From: Candidatus Latescibacterota bacterium
Lineage (GTDB): Bacteria > Latescibacterota > UBA2968 > UBA8231
Direction: 5' to 3'
DNA length: 64,000 nucleotides
Assembly: GCA_965248265.1 (NCBI GenBank)
Contig: CBDFJF010000002.1
Coordinates: forward strand, 2,208,001-2,272,000
The notes under the pieces were generated by a model. It worked only from the letters and a program-made list of their open reading frames with translations. It was not told the origin of the DNA and made no database searches. This document shows positions 1 through 9,374 of this stretch, one piece after another. Position 1 is the stretch's first letter; every line of letters begins with the position of its first letter. The position numbers and the translations under genes are program-made.

Positions 1-57
1 CCTCCTGGGCTTCACCTCCGCGGACGGGATCCGATGGAGGAAGATCCAGCAGGCACC
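1..57 (+). pseudogene. 3'-truncated fragment of a beta-propeller glycoside hydrolase-like gene (continues from outside the window)
   Basis: Frame 2 reads LLGFTSADGIRWRKIQQA, similar to LCAFASGDGIHWDRIG in 52676..54097; the similarity stops at the repeat end near 58. Confidence 0.5.
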
Positions 58-125
58 GAGAATAGACAAATAAGTGGCGTTATGGTGAGTTTAGATCCGT
101 CTGGGCCGTGGTGTCGAGCGCTTTT
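58..125 (-). mobile_element. IS91/ISCR-like oriIS end relic, copy 1 (divergent)
   Basis: gaatagacaaataagtggcgttatggtgagtttagatcc...gtggtgtcga aligns by eye with gaacgataagggcccgttatagggagtcaagatc...ttggtgtcga at 62131. Confidence 0.55.
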
Positions 126-411
126 TGAACGGCGGAAGCCGGGTTTGAGGCCATCGACGGGCATTGAGAAGGAGAGGAATCCAGGGCTGAGCGTGTTTTT
201 GTATCGGCCGCAGTTCTACTGCTGCGAAGACATGGACGGGGCACTCGAGCGGGCTCGCGCCGATGGCATCGAGCTCGACGAGGAGACGATCGAGCTCGCC
301 TCGATGAAGGAAAAGGGGTAGCTGAAGGAGATCGTGAAAAAGTACACCGCGCCGATGCAGGGCCTTGGCTGAAGCCACGGACGGCTTATCTGTCGGCGCC
401 TGAGCTCTCGC

Positions 412-1497
412 CTATCCGAGTCGCAGCGAGCGATCCTCCAATGGCAGATTGACCCGGACGTTTCCGCGGCGGTGGGATTCTCTCATGGCGATGGCGATCT
501 CCAGCGCTTCGCGGCCGAACTCGCCGGGGCAGATGCGCTCCTTCCCGGCATCGATCGAGCGGCAGACTCCTTCGATGGCGTCGACCATGGAGCTGCGCGG
601 ATGCCAGGGGTTGGGAAACTGGCGCTGCACCGACGCTCCCGTTTCAGGATCCGTCGTCCACAGCTCGAACTGCGCGTGAGCGTTGCGCGACACGATGCGG
701 CCGACGTCGCCTATGAACTCATGCGTCCATTGGCGACCGCCGTCACTCTCGGATCGTGAGTTGAGAAAACCTCGGACGCCGTTTTCGTACACGATGTACC
801 CGGAGCCGCACAGATCGCTCTCGGCGACCGCCTCTGCGTCGCTGTCCATGTGGCCGAAGACCCATTGGGCCGGAGCGTCGGCGAACAGTCGCATCAGAGA
901 GAGCATGTGGCTGCCCATGTTTGACAGACCTGAGGCGCTGTGGCAGATCATCGAGCGCAACTCGCCGATGGTGCCGTCGGCGATGGCCTGACGGGCGTTC
1001 GTATACCAGCCGTACCAGTTCAGGTGGCAGGCCATGGCGAGAATGGTGTTGTGTCGACGGCAGGCGTCGATCATGGCGTCCGCCTCGGCCAGGGTGCGAC
1101 ACATCGGTTTGGTGGCGAAGATCGCTTTCACGCCTGACTCGGCCAGACCGACGACGACATCGGCCCGCTCCGCCGGCCGCGTGGTCACGGCGACGAGATC
1201 CGGCTTCTCCTTCTCGACCATCTCGCGGTAGTCGAGGTAGAGCGCCTCGACCTTCCAGCGGCGGCGGAAGTCATCGAGCTTGGCCTGGTCGATGTCGGCC
1301 GCGGCCACGAGCTCGGCGCCGCGCGCCTCGATGATGGCCGGCGCGTGGGCCCACGGCCACGGATAGTGGGCCATGCCGATGTGCTCGTCGTCAATGGTGC
1401 TGCCCATGCGGCCGCAGCCGACGACGGCGGCGCGGTAGATTTTTGACGGCCGCGTCTCCTCGATAATGCGAAACGCTTCGCCTCGGACTCGAGCCAT
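412..1497 (-). CDS. Gfo/Idh/MocA family oxidoreductase
   Basis: AAVVGCGRMG Rossmann motif, ATKPM (EKP-like) motif, C-terminal ALEIAIAMRESHRRG. Confidence 0.9.
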   Translation of the reverse strand: MARVRGEAFRIIEETRPSKIYRAAVVGCGRMGSTIDDEHIGMAHYPWPWAHAPAIIEARGAELVAAADIDQAKLDDFRRRWKVEALYLDYREMVEKEKPDLVAVTTRPAERADVVVGLAESGVKAIFATKPMCRTLAEADAMIDACRRHNTILAMACHLNWYGWYTNARQAIADGTIGELRSMICHSASGLSNMGSHMLSLMRLFADAPAQWVFGHMDSDAEAVAESDLCGSGYIVYENGVRGFLNSRSESDGGRQWTHEFIGDVGRIVSRNAHAQFELWTTDPETGASVQRQFPNPWHPRSSMVDAIEGVCRSIDAGKERICPGEFGREALEIAIAMRESHRRGNVRVNLPLEDRSLRLG

Positions 1498-1523
1498 GAT
1501 TGCGGATTAGTCGAAAGACCGAC

Positions 1524-3161
1524 TCAAGCGCCGGCGACGTGCAGTTGGACGCCGTCCACGAGAATGGGCGTCTGCATCGACTCGTCCCGCCTGCTCAGCT
1601 TGAGCTCGAGCGTGTTCCCGCCGCGCCGGACCTGGGACGGGTCCAGTCCGCACTCCAGCCATCCACCTCCCTGCGCCGTCCTTGCGACGGACTGGACCTC
1701 CTCGAGGGGCCGGTTGTTCAAAGCCACATTCAGCTCGTCGCCGTCGGTGAGATCCCACAGGTGCAGACGGAATCGCAGCCTCTGCGGATCCGCCGACGAC
1801 AGATCGTCACCCACCTGGAACGACAGCTCGACCGGGCGCCCCGGCGTCAGCCCGACGTTTTCTGCGGTCTCGAACCGCCCGCGTTCGCCCGTGACCTCGT
1901 CTCCGAGAAACCGGTCGACCCCGAAGAGCTTCTCCTTGCCCGCCATCGTCTCGGGATCGCCGATCTCGAACCAGGTCTCGGGCACGCCGAGGCCCGGATT
2001 GAAAACGTAAACACCATCGGCACCGTCGTTGAAGACGTTCGTCGCCACCGCCCGCCACACCGCCGGCCGGCCCTCCCACTCGTTGAAGACGACGATGTAT
2101 GTGGGCTTGCCGAGGCGCTCTGGCTGGCCGCCGTAGAGCGTCTTGAGCCACGAACTGAAGGCCCTGTGCTCCCCAGCGCCCAGCGCCAGGTAGACCCACT
2201 GGCCCCAGAAGGCCCACTGCAGGCAGGGGTAGACCGGTACTTCGTGTCGGTGTCCGAAGTCGATGATATCGCGGAACGAGTCGCACATCGGTGAATCCTC
2301 GTTGCCGCCCGGCATCAGCTTATCGATCAGATTCTCGCCCAGCCAGGTCTCCAGGTCGACGCCGACGAACAGCGAGTCCTCGAGTGTGGCCGGCGTGTGT
2401 GCTGCCAGCAGCAGCGGCCGGCCTCTTCTGGCGCCGACCTCGTCGGCCATCCGGCGAATGCGGCGCACGAAGTCGTTCATCACTTCCACGTGCTCCTCGC
2501 TCACCGGCAGACCCTCGCGCGACTCGCGGAAGTACGGGTGGTACTTGAAAAATTCCATGGCGATGACGTCGACGTCGTAGTTCTCGGCCACTTCCTCGAT
2601 GACGGCGAAGTAGTGATCCCGCACCTCCTTGGCGCCGTAGTCGAGGCCCGACCACGCCTCGCCGGACTCGAAGTCATCCAGCTCGCCCATCATGCATTCG
2701 GGATGCTCGCGCTTGAACGGGGCGAGACCGTAGGAAGTCCAGCGTCTCGAACCCGGGGCGTAGGAGTCGTGGATGTCGTTCATGCGCAGCGACCAGCCGA
2801 ACTCCATGCCGTGCTCGCGGCTGAAGTCCTGCTGCACCTGCACCGTATCCTTGCCGTACTGGTCGATGAGCTCCTGCGGCATTCCCCTGCCGATGAAACC
2901 GCCCAGTTTCGTGTGGTGGGAGAACGTCAGACCCGCCATGCAGCTGCAGAACCAGTTGCTGTCCACCTGGGAGCCGATCAGCGGCGTGCTTCGCGCCTGC
3001 AGGAAGTCACCCATAAGCTCCCCGCTGGTGCGCACCGTCAGGCCCTCGGCGACGTCGTGTTCGCTCTCGGCGCCGTCACGCGCGTAGATGGCATCGTCGC
3101 CGTCGTTGTTGTAGATGATCCGCCGGCGTCTCCAGCGCGCTGCCCTTCGAGCTTCGTCCAC
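1524..3161 (-). CDS. Putative glycoside hydrolase (TIM-barrel, GH10/GHL-like) with C-terminal beta-sandwich
   Basis: RRRIIYNNDGDD N-terminus, SLRMNDIHD, LDYGAKEVRD..AENYDVDVIAMEF, DGVYVFN motifs; 545 aa. Confidence 0.65.
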   Translation of the reverse strand: MDEARRAARWRRRRIIYNNDGDDAIYARDGAESEHDVAEGLTVRTSGELMGDFLQARSTPLIGSQVDSNWFCSCMAGLTFSHHTKLGGFIGRGMPQELIDQYGKDTVQVQQDFSREHGMEFGWSLRMNDIHDSYAPGSRRWTSYGLAPFKREHPECMMGELDDFESGEAWSGLDYGAKEVRDHYFAVIEEVAENYDVDVIAMEFFKYHPYFRESREGLPVSEEHVEVMNDFVRRIRRMADEVGARRGRPLLLAAHTPATLEDSLFVGVDLETWLGENLIDKLMPGGNEDSPMCDSFRDIIDFGHRHEVPVYPCLQWAFWGQWVYLALGAGEHRAFSSWLKTLYGGQPERLGKPTYIVVFNEWEGRPAVWRAVATNVFNDGADGVYVFNPGLGVPETWFEIGDPETMAGKEKLFGVDRFLGDEVTGERGRFETAENVGLTPGRPVELSFQVGDDLSSADPQRLRFRLHLWDLTDGDELNVALNNRPLEEVQSVARTAQGGGWLECGLDPSQVRRGGNTLELKLSRRDESMQTPILVDGVQLHVAGA

Positions 3162-3255
3162 GACTCAGCCTTTCTGCATTTCTATGCGTGGCGTGTCAAA
3201 ATCCGCCATGGTCAGTTCAAATCGCGCCAGTAGTGCTCGAGCTCGACGGCTGCCG

Positions 3256-3480
3256 TCACCAGTCCACGACGGCACCGTCGTCTCCGCTGTACGATTCCGG
3301 ATTTGCCCCGTTATCCTCATCGCCGTTCCGCAGTGCGTCGTCGAGATAGTCGTCGTCGAGCTCGACACCCAGCCCCGGTCCGGTCGGCAGTTTGAGGAAT
3401 CCGTCCTCCACTGCGAACGGTTCCTTCAACACGCCTTCCCCCGGCCGCAATACGCCGGCTCCTTCCTGGATCAGGGAGTA
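3256..3480 (-). pseudogene. C-terminal fragment of mandelate racemase/galactonate dehydratase-like enolase-superfamily gene
   Basis: SLIQEG..GEGVLKEPFAVEDGFLKLPTGPGLGVELDD; the 5' part is missing, replaced by a repeat end at about 3480. Confidence 0.8.
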
Positions 3481-3560
3481 TAGGTCAAATAAGGAGTATT
3501 ATCGTTAGTCTATTTCGGTGGTGTTGTGTTGTCGAGGGGTATTCGAGGTGGTCTGACGGC
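3478..3560 (-). mobile_element. IS91/ISCR-like oriIS end relic, copy 2 (divergent)
   Basis: gtataggtcaaataaggagtattatcgttagtctatttc resembles copy 1 and the consensus; the minus strand ends ...ttgacctatac, like ISCR oriIS TTCCTATAC. Confidence 0.5.
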
Positions 3561-3819
3561 CGAACGAGCAGGTGTCGGTCCCGAACTGGCGGGTGTGAGG
3601 GTCGATTGGTTGAGCAGGGGCGGCCGATTGGCCGATGTCGGTAAATGCAAGGGCGGATTCGGGCGCAGGGCTTGCTCAGCGGACGCCAACGCCCGACTAT
3701 CACCGCCCCTGTATGATTGGCACGGGAAGCTCCACGACGTCGTCTACGGCGCCTGCTCGTTCCCGCCCTCGTGCCGGGTCGATGACCCGCAGACACAGGA
3801 AGGCGCCATTCTCGCGCAC

Positions 3820-3985
3820 GCCGTTGTTCTCAGGGGAGCAACAAATCGGCAGCTACGAGCGCTTCTGGGACGGGCGCGACGACGCCCGCAGGCTGGCGCC
3901 TCCGGGTGTATACCTGTATCAACTGACCACGAAGACCCACGAGCGCCGCTTCGTCGAGACCGGAGAGGTGCGCCTGGTTTACTGA
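3820..3985 (+). pseudogene. Orphan C-terminal FlgD-Ig/T9SS-like sorting domain fragment
   Basis: GSYERFWDGRDDARRLAPPGVYLYQL...GEVRLVY; no upstream gene body. Confidence 0.7.
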
Positions 3986-3986
3986 C

Positions 3987-5972
3987 CTACCAGACGTGGA
4001 CGCGGTGGCCCTCGTCGGGGAACCAGATGCCGTCGACGATGCCGGACAGTGCTACGGCCGCAGCGTAACCCAGGCCTAATCCGTAGAACAGGGGCTTACC
4101 TCTCTGGTAAGCCTGCACCCCTCCGTAGCGCAGCAGGGCGGCCTTGATGACCCACACGAGGAGCAGGCTGAACCAGTAGTTTGCCGGGCCCGCGGCGTTC
4201 TGGAAGGCGAGACCGACTGGATGCAGCGGGAACCAGTGAAAGCGGCTGCGCAGATAGGCGAGAGCTCCGGCCTCTGACATGCCCGCCACCCACACGCCCC
4301 ACTTGCCGATGTCGAACACCCTGGGATGCTGCACCAGGTTGGCAGTCTGTGGGTAGACGTTGAAAGCGTGGATCAGGTGGACGGCGCCCCCCTGGTCGTA
4401 GGCGACTTCGATGCTGGCCCAGGCCGCCACCAGGCAGCCGATCGTGAAGGCGATGAGGACGACGGCGCAGACGCGGCCGCGTTGCCGGCGCAGCGAGAAT
4501 ATGCGCAGGTGGTGGGGGATCGCGGGCCAGGCCGGAAGGCGGATGTTGCCGAAGAAGGCCTGGCTCGTGAACAGCTTGAACGCCACCACGTTCTTCGTCG
4601 ATAGGATGCTGGAGCCGACCAGTTCGGTGATGAAGGAGCCGCCCTTCATGTTGGCCCAGCTCGGCATCAGGTAGGGGAAGCCCGTGGCGGCGATCAGCTT
4701 GACCGTGACGAAAAACGTCATCGCCATGAGCAGGAACGTGCACACGGCTAGGGGCACCGTCGCCCCGAGGCTGACGCCGAAGCCGATGACGTAAACGGCT
4801 GACAACGTCATTCCGATGAAAGCAAGCCGATACATTCCGACCTGTCCGGCATCGCCGGTGCCGCCCCTGACCTGTCGCCAGACCTGGCCGAGATGGCGTC
4901 GCGCCAGCCATACCGACCAGATGGCGATGAGGACGATGGCGCCGAAACTCTCCAGATGCAGGATGTCGGAACTGATCAAGCGCTGGCCGGAAGCGCCGAC
5001 GCTGACCCCGAATTGATCCATGGCCCCCAACTTGAAGACGGAGAGCAGGTAGAAGAGGATGATGCTGCCCAGGATGTCGAGCGGGCACAGGTAGGTCACC
5101 GCCAGCACAAGGGGCAGGATGCGGATGGTCAACGCCGGAAAGGGCTGCGGCAAGGGGATGGTGTAGCGCTCGCGGAAGACCTCCACCATGGGCGCGCCCG
5201 GGCTGAAATAGGTGGCGATGTTGTAGAGCAACGGCAGGAAGACGATGCCGAAGCCGGCCCAGAACAGACTGGAGCGGAACAGCTCCGGCATGCGCCGGGG
5301 ACCGTCGAAGCCGCGCGTCAGTTCGAGGGGCATCTGAGCCAGTGGAAAGGTGAGCTTCTCGTTGTCCACCCACTGGCGGTGGAAGAGGATCATCAGACAG
5401 AGTCCGAACACGACCATGGCCAGCGAAGCTCCGCCCCACTGCGCGATGATGCCGATCCACACGTCCCACGGAATTGAAGCGCCATCCGGCAGGCCCAGCC
5501 ACAGGGGATCGATGACGCGTGGCTCGGGCCCGGGAAAGGCGTTCCACGGCATGAAGGGGACGATGAGGGTGTCCCACTGGTTCTCCGGCGTCGGCATGAA
5601 GGACGGCGCGCCCAGTATGGCGACCCAGTAGTCGCTCCACCCCCACATCGGCAGCGCCCCGACGATCCAGGTCATCGAGAACACGGTGAGCAGCTCGCCG
5701 CGACTCAGGGCCACGCGCGGCCACACCCGTTTGAGGGCCACGTTGAAGAACAGCCACAGCACGAAGGGGATGACGGCCACCATCGGGTACTGCGACTGCA
5801 CGAGGTTGATCCCCATGAACAGGATCAGGTAATAGAACCAGACTGCGATGGTAACGGCCCCGACGAGGACTCCGCGCCAGGTGATCGTCAGCTTGTCGTC
5901 TTCGGCCGGTAAGTCAGACCCCCGACTCGCGTGGGGCTGGGTTACGTCAGCTGCTTGAGCGGGGTCGGGCAA
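3987..5972 (-). CDS. Polytopic membrane protein, DUF6785/DUF6784-like (putative OPT-like transporter)
   Basis: Many TM segments; TPENQW, RQWVDNEKLTFPL, WFPLHPVG, LRYGG motifs; paralog of 14614..16530. Confidence 0.8.
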   Translation of the reverse strand: MPDPAQAADVTQPHASRGSDLPAEDDKLTITWRGVLVGAVTIAVWFYYLILFMGINLVQSQYPMVAVIPFVLWLFFNVALKRVWPRVALSRGELLTVFSMTWIVGALPMWGWSDYWVAILGAPSFMPTPENQWDTLIVPFMPWNAFPGPEPRVIDPLWLGLPDGASIPWDVWIGIIAQWGGASLAMVVFGLCLMILFHRQWVDNEKLTFPLAQMPLELTRGFDGPRRMPELFRSSLFWAGFGIVFLPLLYNIATYFSPGAPMVEVFRERYTIPLPQPFPALTIRILPLVLAVTYLCPLDILGSIILFYLLSVFKLGAMDQFGVSVGASGQRLISSDILHLESFGAIVLIAIWSVWLARRHLGQVWRQVRGGTGDAGQVGMYRLAFIGMTLSAVYVIGFGVSLGATVPLAVCTFLLMAMTFFVTVKLIAATGFPYLMPSWANMKGGSFITELVGSSILSTKNVVAFKLFTSQAFFGNIRLPAWPAIPHHLRIFSLRRQRGRVCAVVLIAFTIGCLVAAWASIEVAYDQGGAVHLIHAFNVYPQTANLVQHPRVFDIGKWGVWVAGMSEAGALAYLRSRFHWFPLHPVGLAFQNAAGPANYWFSLLLVWVIKAALLRYGGVQAYQRGKPLFYGLGLGYAAAVALSGIVDGIWFPDEGHRVHVW

Positions 5973-5982
5973 GCGCGTTCAG

Positions 5983-6240
5983 CTACTCGAAGAAGGCTTC
6001 GTCGTGTGGACGCACGTCCACGGCATGGCGCAGCGGCGGCTGAGCGGCCGCTTGTACGGTGACGTTGGCGGCTTCGAGTGGCCGGCCCGAATCCACAGAG
6101 ATGACGCGGCCTGCGATGCGCCCACCATCAGGGGGGGAGGCCTCCGTCTCAACGGGCGGTTCGGCTGACGCCGCCACAACGCTGAGCACGAGGACGGCGG
6201 CGGCGCCGCCGCGGATGGCTACAGCGGTCACCATCGTCAC
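5983..6240 (-). pseudogene. N-terminal fragment of a secreted/TonB-dependent receptor-like protein (signal peptide + carboxypeptidase-regulatory-like domain)
   Basis: Hydrophobic leader then GRIAGRVISVDSGRPLEAANVTV, after which the ORF ends. Confidence 0.55.
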
Positions 6241-7505
6241 TGCAAGGCGCAATTGTACAGCTTCGCGGGGTTATCGCGGAAGGCCGCGCGCGCCACATCC
6301 AGGGCGACGGACTCCGACAGAGATCCTTCCTCTATCATCTCCGCCAGGACGTGAGCGAAATTCCACCGCGCCATCTTCAGGTGGCCGTAGACGGCTTCCA
6401 GATGCTGCAGGTCGTCGCCGAAGGCGATGATCTTGTTGCAGGGGACCATGCGCAGCCACTCGCGCAGATCGGCGCGGGCGCCGATGGGGGAGATGATGTG
6501 GATCCACGACATGTTCAAATAGACATTGGGAAAGGTCTTACCGAGGACGGCCCCCTCGCGCAGGTAGGGATAGCCGGCGTGCGACAGGTCGAAGCGAGCC
6601 TCGCGGAAGGTCGACATGAGCTCCGTCAGCGGTGCTGGACTACATCCTTCCATGCCGACGAAACTCGAGGCTCTCATACCCTGGTGAAACTGGACAGCGA
6701 GCCCGACTTCGGATGCCGCCCGGCAACACTCGAAGACGAGGTAATCCTCGAGCAGCGCGCCCTGAGGCGAATTGAGGCCGTCGTAGTCGTCGCGCATGAA
6801 GCGGTCGAATATCGCAGCCGCCTCCGCCGGGTCACGTCGCTGGAAATCCATGCGCCGATGGTAAGACTGAGAAAGCTTCACACCTGCCGCTTCGGCCTGC
6901 GCCCAGCTCTGGCAGGTCCGTGCGATCAAGTCGACGAGTCCCGGGAGGTCGGACACCGTGGCATCGTAGTCCTTCTCGATGCCGTGTATGTCTGCGGCCG
7001 AGTTCAGCATGCTGAAGCGGTTCAGGCGCGGCAGCGGCAGGAAGAATTCGCGATCCACCTCGACGAGGTCGTTCATGTTGACGACGGAGCGCTCGATATT
7101 GCTGCGGCGCTTCAGCACGTCGGTGTAGAGCCCGGGCTGAGCCCGCTGACGCAGGGCTTCGTTGATCGGCTCGATTGTGCCGGCGCTCAGTCCGTCGAAG
7201 CCGAGGAGGTCCCGCACGCCTTCCACGATGGCTTGAGAGTAGCCCGTCAGCCGGATCGACTTCCAGAACTCGGAGAAGATCTCCCAACGCTGAGCCAGCG
7301 GCAGGCCCGGCTGCAAGGCCTGCTCTATCTGCTCCTCACTCATGCCGGCACAACGCAGGTCCGCCACCGGATAGGCGTGCTCGAAGTACTTGAGAATGTC
7401 GGGCTCGAGCTTCAGGTACGCTGCCTCCGGCATCATGTGGGAGTGAGAGTTGATGCAGGGGATCTTGCGAATCTCGTCGAACAGCTCGCTGCGCAATGGA
7501 CTCAT
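6237..7505 (-). CDS. Amidohydrolase family protein (Amidohydro_2 / uronate isomerase-like)
   Basis: INSHSH metal motif, QFHQG, DLSHAGYPY, NVYLNMSW, KIIAFGDD, FRDNPAKLY. Confidence 0.85.
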   Translation of the reverse strand: MSPLRSELFDEIRKIPCINSHSHMMPEAAYLKLEPDILKYFEHAYPVADLRCAGMSEEQIEQALQPGLPLAQRWEIFSEFWKSIRLTGYSQAIVEGVRDLLGFDGLSAGTIEPINEALRQRAQPGLYTDVLKRRSNIERSVVNMNDLVEVDREFFLPLPRLNRFSMLNSAADIHGIEKDYDATVSDLPGLVDLIARTCQSWAQAEAAGVKLSQSYHRRMDFQRRDPAEAAAIFDRFMRDDYDGLNSPQGALLEDYLVFECCRAASEVGLAVQFHQGMRASSFVGMEGCSPAPLTELMSTFREARFDLSHAGYPYLREGAVLGKTFPNVYLNMSWIHIISPIGARADLREWLRMVPCNKIIAFGDDLQHLEAVYGHLKMARWNFAHVLAEMIEEGSLSESVALDVARAAFRDNPAKLYNCALQ

Positions 7506-7718
7506 CTTAGCGGTTGACTCCTGTCTGTGACCGGCTCTGGACGAGGTCGGGACGGCCGTGCGTGCATAACGAATTGATTTTATTCAGCATGCGCAAGTGC
7601 GATCGCCGGATTGCCGGACCGGGCACCGTCCTGATTACAACGCCGCCGGTGACACTTTTGCGCTTGGGAAGTGTCGCAATAGGGACCGCGACAATACCTT
7701 CTAAGAGGAGACACTACG

Positions 7719-8579
7719 ATGAAGACGACACTCTGTGCAATCGGCGCTTTGCTGGCCGCCACGGCGGGTTTCGCCGAGCCCGTCGACACGCAGTTCAAGT
7801 TCGACCGCCCGGCCGCCATCGAGTGGGTGACGGGAGAGCGCGTTGAGATCGAGTGGAATGAGGTAATCGACTCCCGCTGTGCCATCGGCGCGACCTGCGT
7901 GTGGGAAGGTCAGGTGACTGTGTCCATCGACGTCGTCGTCGACGGAGTCCGCAACGAGGACGTCGAGATCACCCTCCACGGTGAGGAGTTCGAGCGCGCC
8001 GTGGCCACGGTCGAAGGATTTCGGATTCAGCTGGCCGCCGTCGGTCCGTATCCCGTTCTCGACGTCGAGACCGAGCGCTCCCGCTACGTGGCGACCGTCG
8101 TCGTGTCTCCGGTGACCCCGACGGAGGAACTTCACGGAGTGGCCGCCCTCAACACGGAGTGGCATCTCGAGGCATTCGGCCGAATCGGAGCGGAGGAGCC
8201 GACCCTGCCCGGCACGGATGTCACGATCAACTTCGACGTCTCCGTGGAGGGTGTGGGGTCCGCGTGGGGGACCGGAGGCTGCAACGGGTTCACGGGTACG
8301 GTCCAGGCGGCCCCGATCGGCGCCATCGCGCTCAGCGATCTGGGATTCACCGACATGGCGTGCGGCGATCCGGCCGGCGTCATGGAGCAGGAAGACCGCT
8401 TCTTCACCGAGCTCCCCAATGTCATCGGCTTCACCATGGACGAGGCCCGCCTGGTCCTGCCCTTCGCGGGCGCTGACGACGTGGTCGGCACCATGATCTT
8501 CAGCAGAATGACCGCTCCGACGGCTGTCGAGTCCGCTAGCTGGGGGCAGGTCAAGAAGCTGGATCGACTCGACCGGTGA
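7719..8579 (+). CDS. Secreted META-domain protein with C-terminal TAVESASWGQVK tail
   Basis: Signal peptide; DSRC..GATCVWEGQ domain; GTGGCNGF..TDMAC..MEQEDRF (META); RBS aggag. Confidence 0.8.
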   Translation: MKTTLCAIGALLAATAGFAEPVDTQFKFDRPAAIEWVTGERVEIEWNEVIDSRCAIGATCVWEGQVTVSIDVVVDGVRNEDVEITLHGEEFERAVATVEGFRIQLAAVGPYPVLDVETERSRYVATVVVSPVTPTEELHGVAALNTEWHLEAFGRIGAEEPTLPGTDVTINFDVSVEGVGSAWGTGGCNGFTGTVQAAPIGAIALSDLGFTDMACGDPAGVMEQEDRFFTELPNVIGFTMDEARLVLPFAGADDVVGTMIFSRMTAPTAVESASWGQVKKLDRLDR

Positions 8580-9334
8580 GGACGACGGGGATCCTCATAG
8601 CAGTCCTGCTGCAGGCGGGTGCCCCCGTAGAAGCCGAGCGCAATCCGGCAGCCGAGGGGTTCGATCAGATTGGCTCGGACGCCCGCGCGATCGAAGTCGC
8701 CGACGCCGTGATGGAACGGCTGGGCGGCCGCCCCAACTGGGACAACACCCGCTACATCGCCTGGCGCTTCTTCGGTCGCCGGTTCCACGTGTGGGACAAA
8801 TGGACGGGCGACCTGCGCTACGAGGCAGAGGACGGGCACGTCGTCCTCATGAACATCCACTCGCGGCAGGGCAAAGCCTGGGAGGCAGGCCAGCCCGTCA
8901 CCGATCCGGATTCAACCGCCGCTCGGATCGAGGCGGGCTACCGGGCCTGGATCAACGACAGCTACTGGCTGGTGATGCCGTACAAGCTGAAGGATACCGG
9001 CGTCACACTGAAGTACAAGGGCGTTGGAGAAACCGAAGCCGGCGAGCCCTCGGACATCCTCGAGCTGACTTTCACCGACGTCGGGGTGACACCGCAGAAC
9101 AAATACGACGTCTACGTCGACCGGGAAGAGCGCCTCGTGCGCCAATGGGCTTTCTACGCCGATGCGGACGATCAGGATCCGCGCTTCACCAGTCCCTGGT
9201 CGAACTGGCGTCAATACGGAGACATCTGGCTGGCTGACGACCCCGGCCGCTACCAGCACACGGACGTGGCTGTGTACGACGAGCTGCCGCGCGCACTATT
9301 CGAGGACCCCAAAGCCCGCTACCCGCGAAAATGA
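8576..9334 (+). CDS. Secreted hypothetical protein (DUF6503-like / LolA-like)
   Basis: Signal peptide; GGRPNWD, WINDSYWLVMPYKLKDTGV, GVTPQNKY motifs; overlaps the upstream stop (GTGA). Confidence 0.7.
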   Translation: MRTTGILIAVLLQAGAPVEAERNPAAEGFDQIGSDARAIEVADAVMERLGGRPNWDNTRYIAWRFFGRRFHVWDKWTGDLRYEAEDGHVVLMNIHSRQGKAWEAGQPVTDPDSTAARIEAGYRAWINDSYWLVMPYKLKDTGVTLKYKGVGETEAGEPSDILELTFTDVGVTPQNKYDVYVDREERLVRQWAFYADADDQDPRFTSPWSNWRQYGDIWLADDPGRYQHTDVAVYDELPRALFEDPKARYPRK

Positions 9335-9353
9335 CCGCGGTCGCCATCGCGGT
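9334..9353. terminator. Possible hairpin between convergent genes
   Basis: accgcggt-cgcc-atcgcggt 8-bp stem with one G-U pair; no U-tract. Confidence 0.3.
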
Positions 9354-9374
9354 GCCGGGTTCAGCGAACCGCTT

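Noticed and set aside
4096-5757. 553-aa alternative-frame ORF and similar long overlapping ORFs (6351..7517, 14345..15418, 17314..18306, 43271..44494, 56578..57780, 61768..62940)
   Set aside because: Arg/Pro/Gly-rich shadow frames expected in high-GC DNA; they overlap better-supported genes. Only the first ~90 aa of 56578..57780 (serA piece) appear real.
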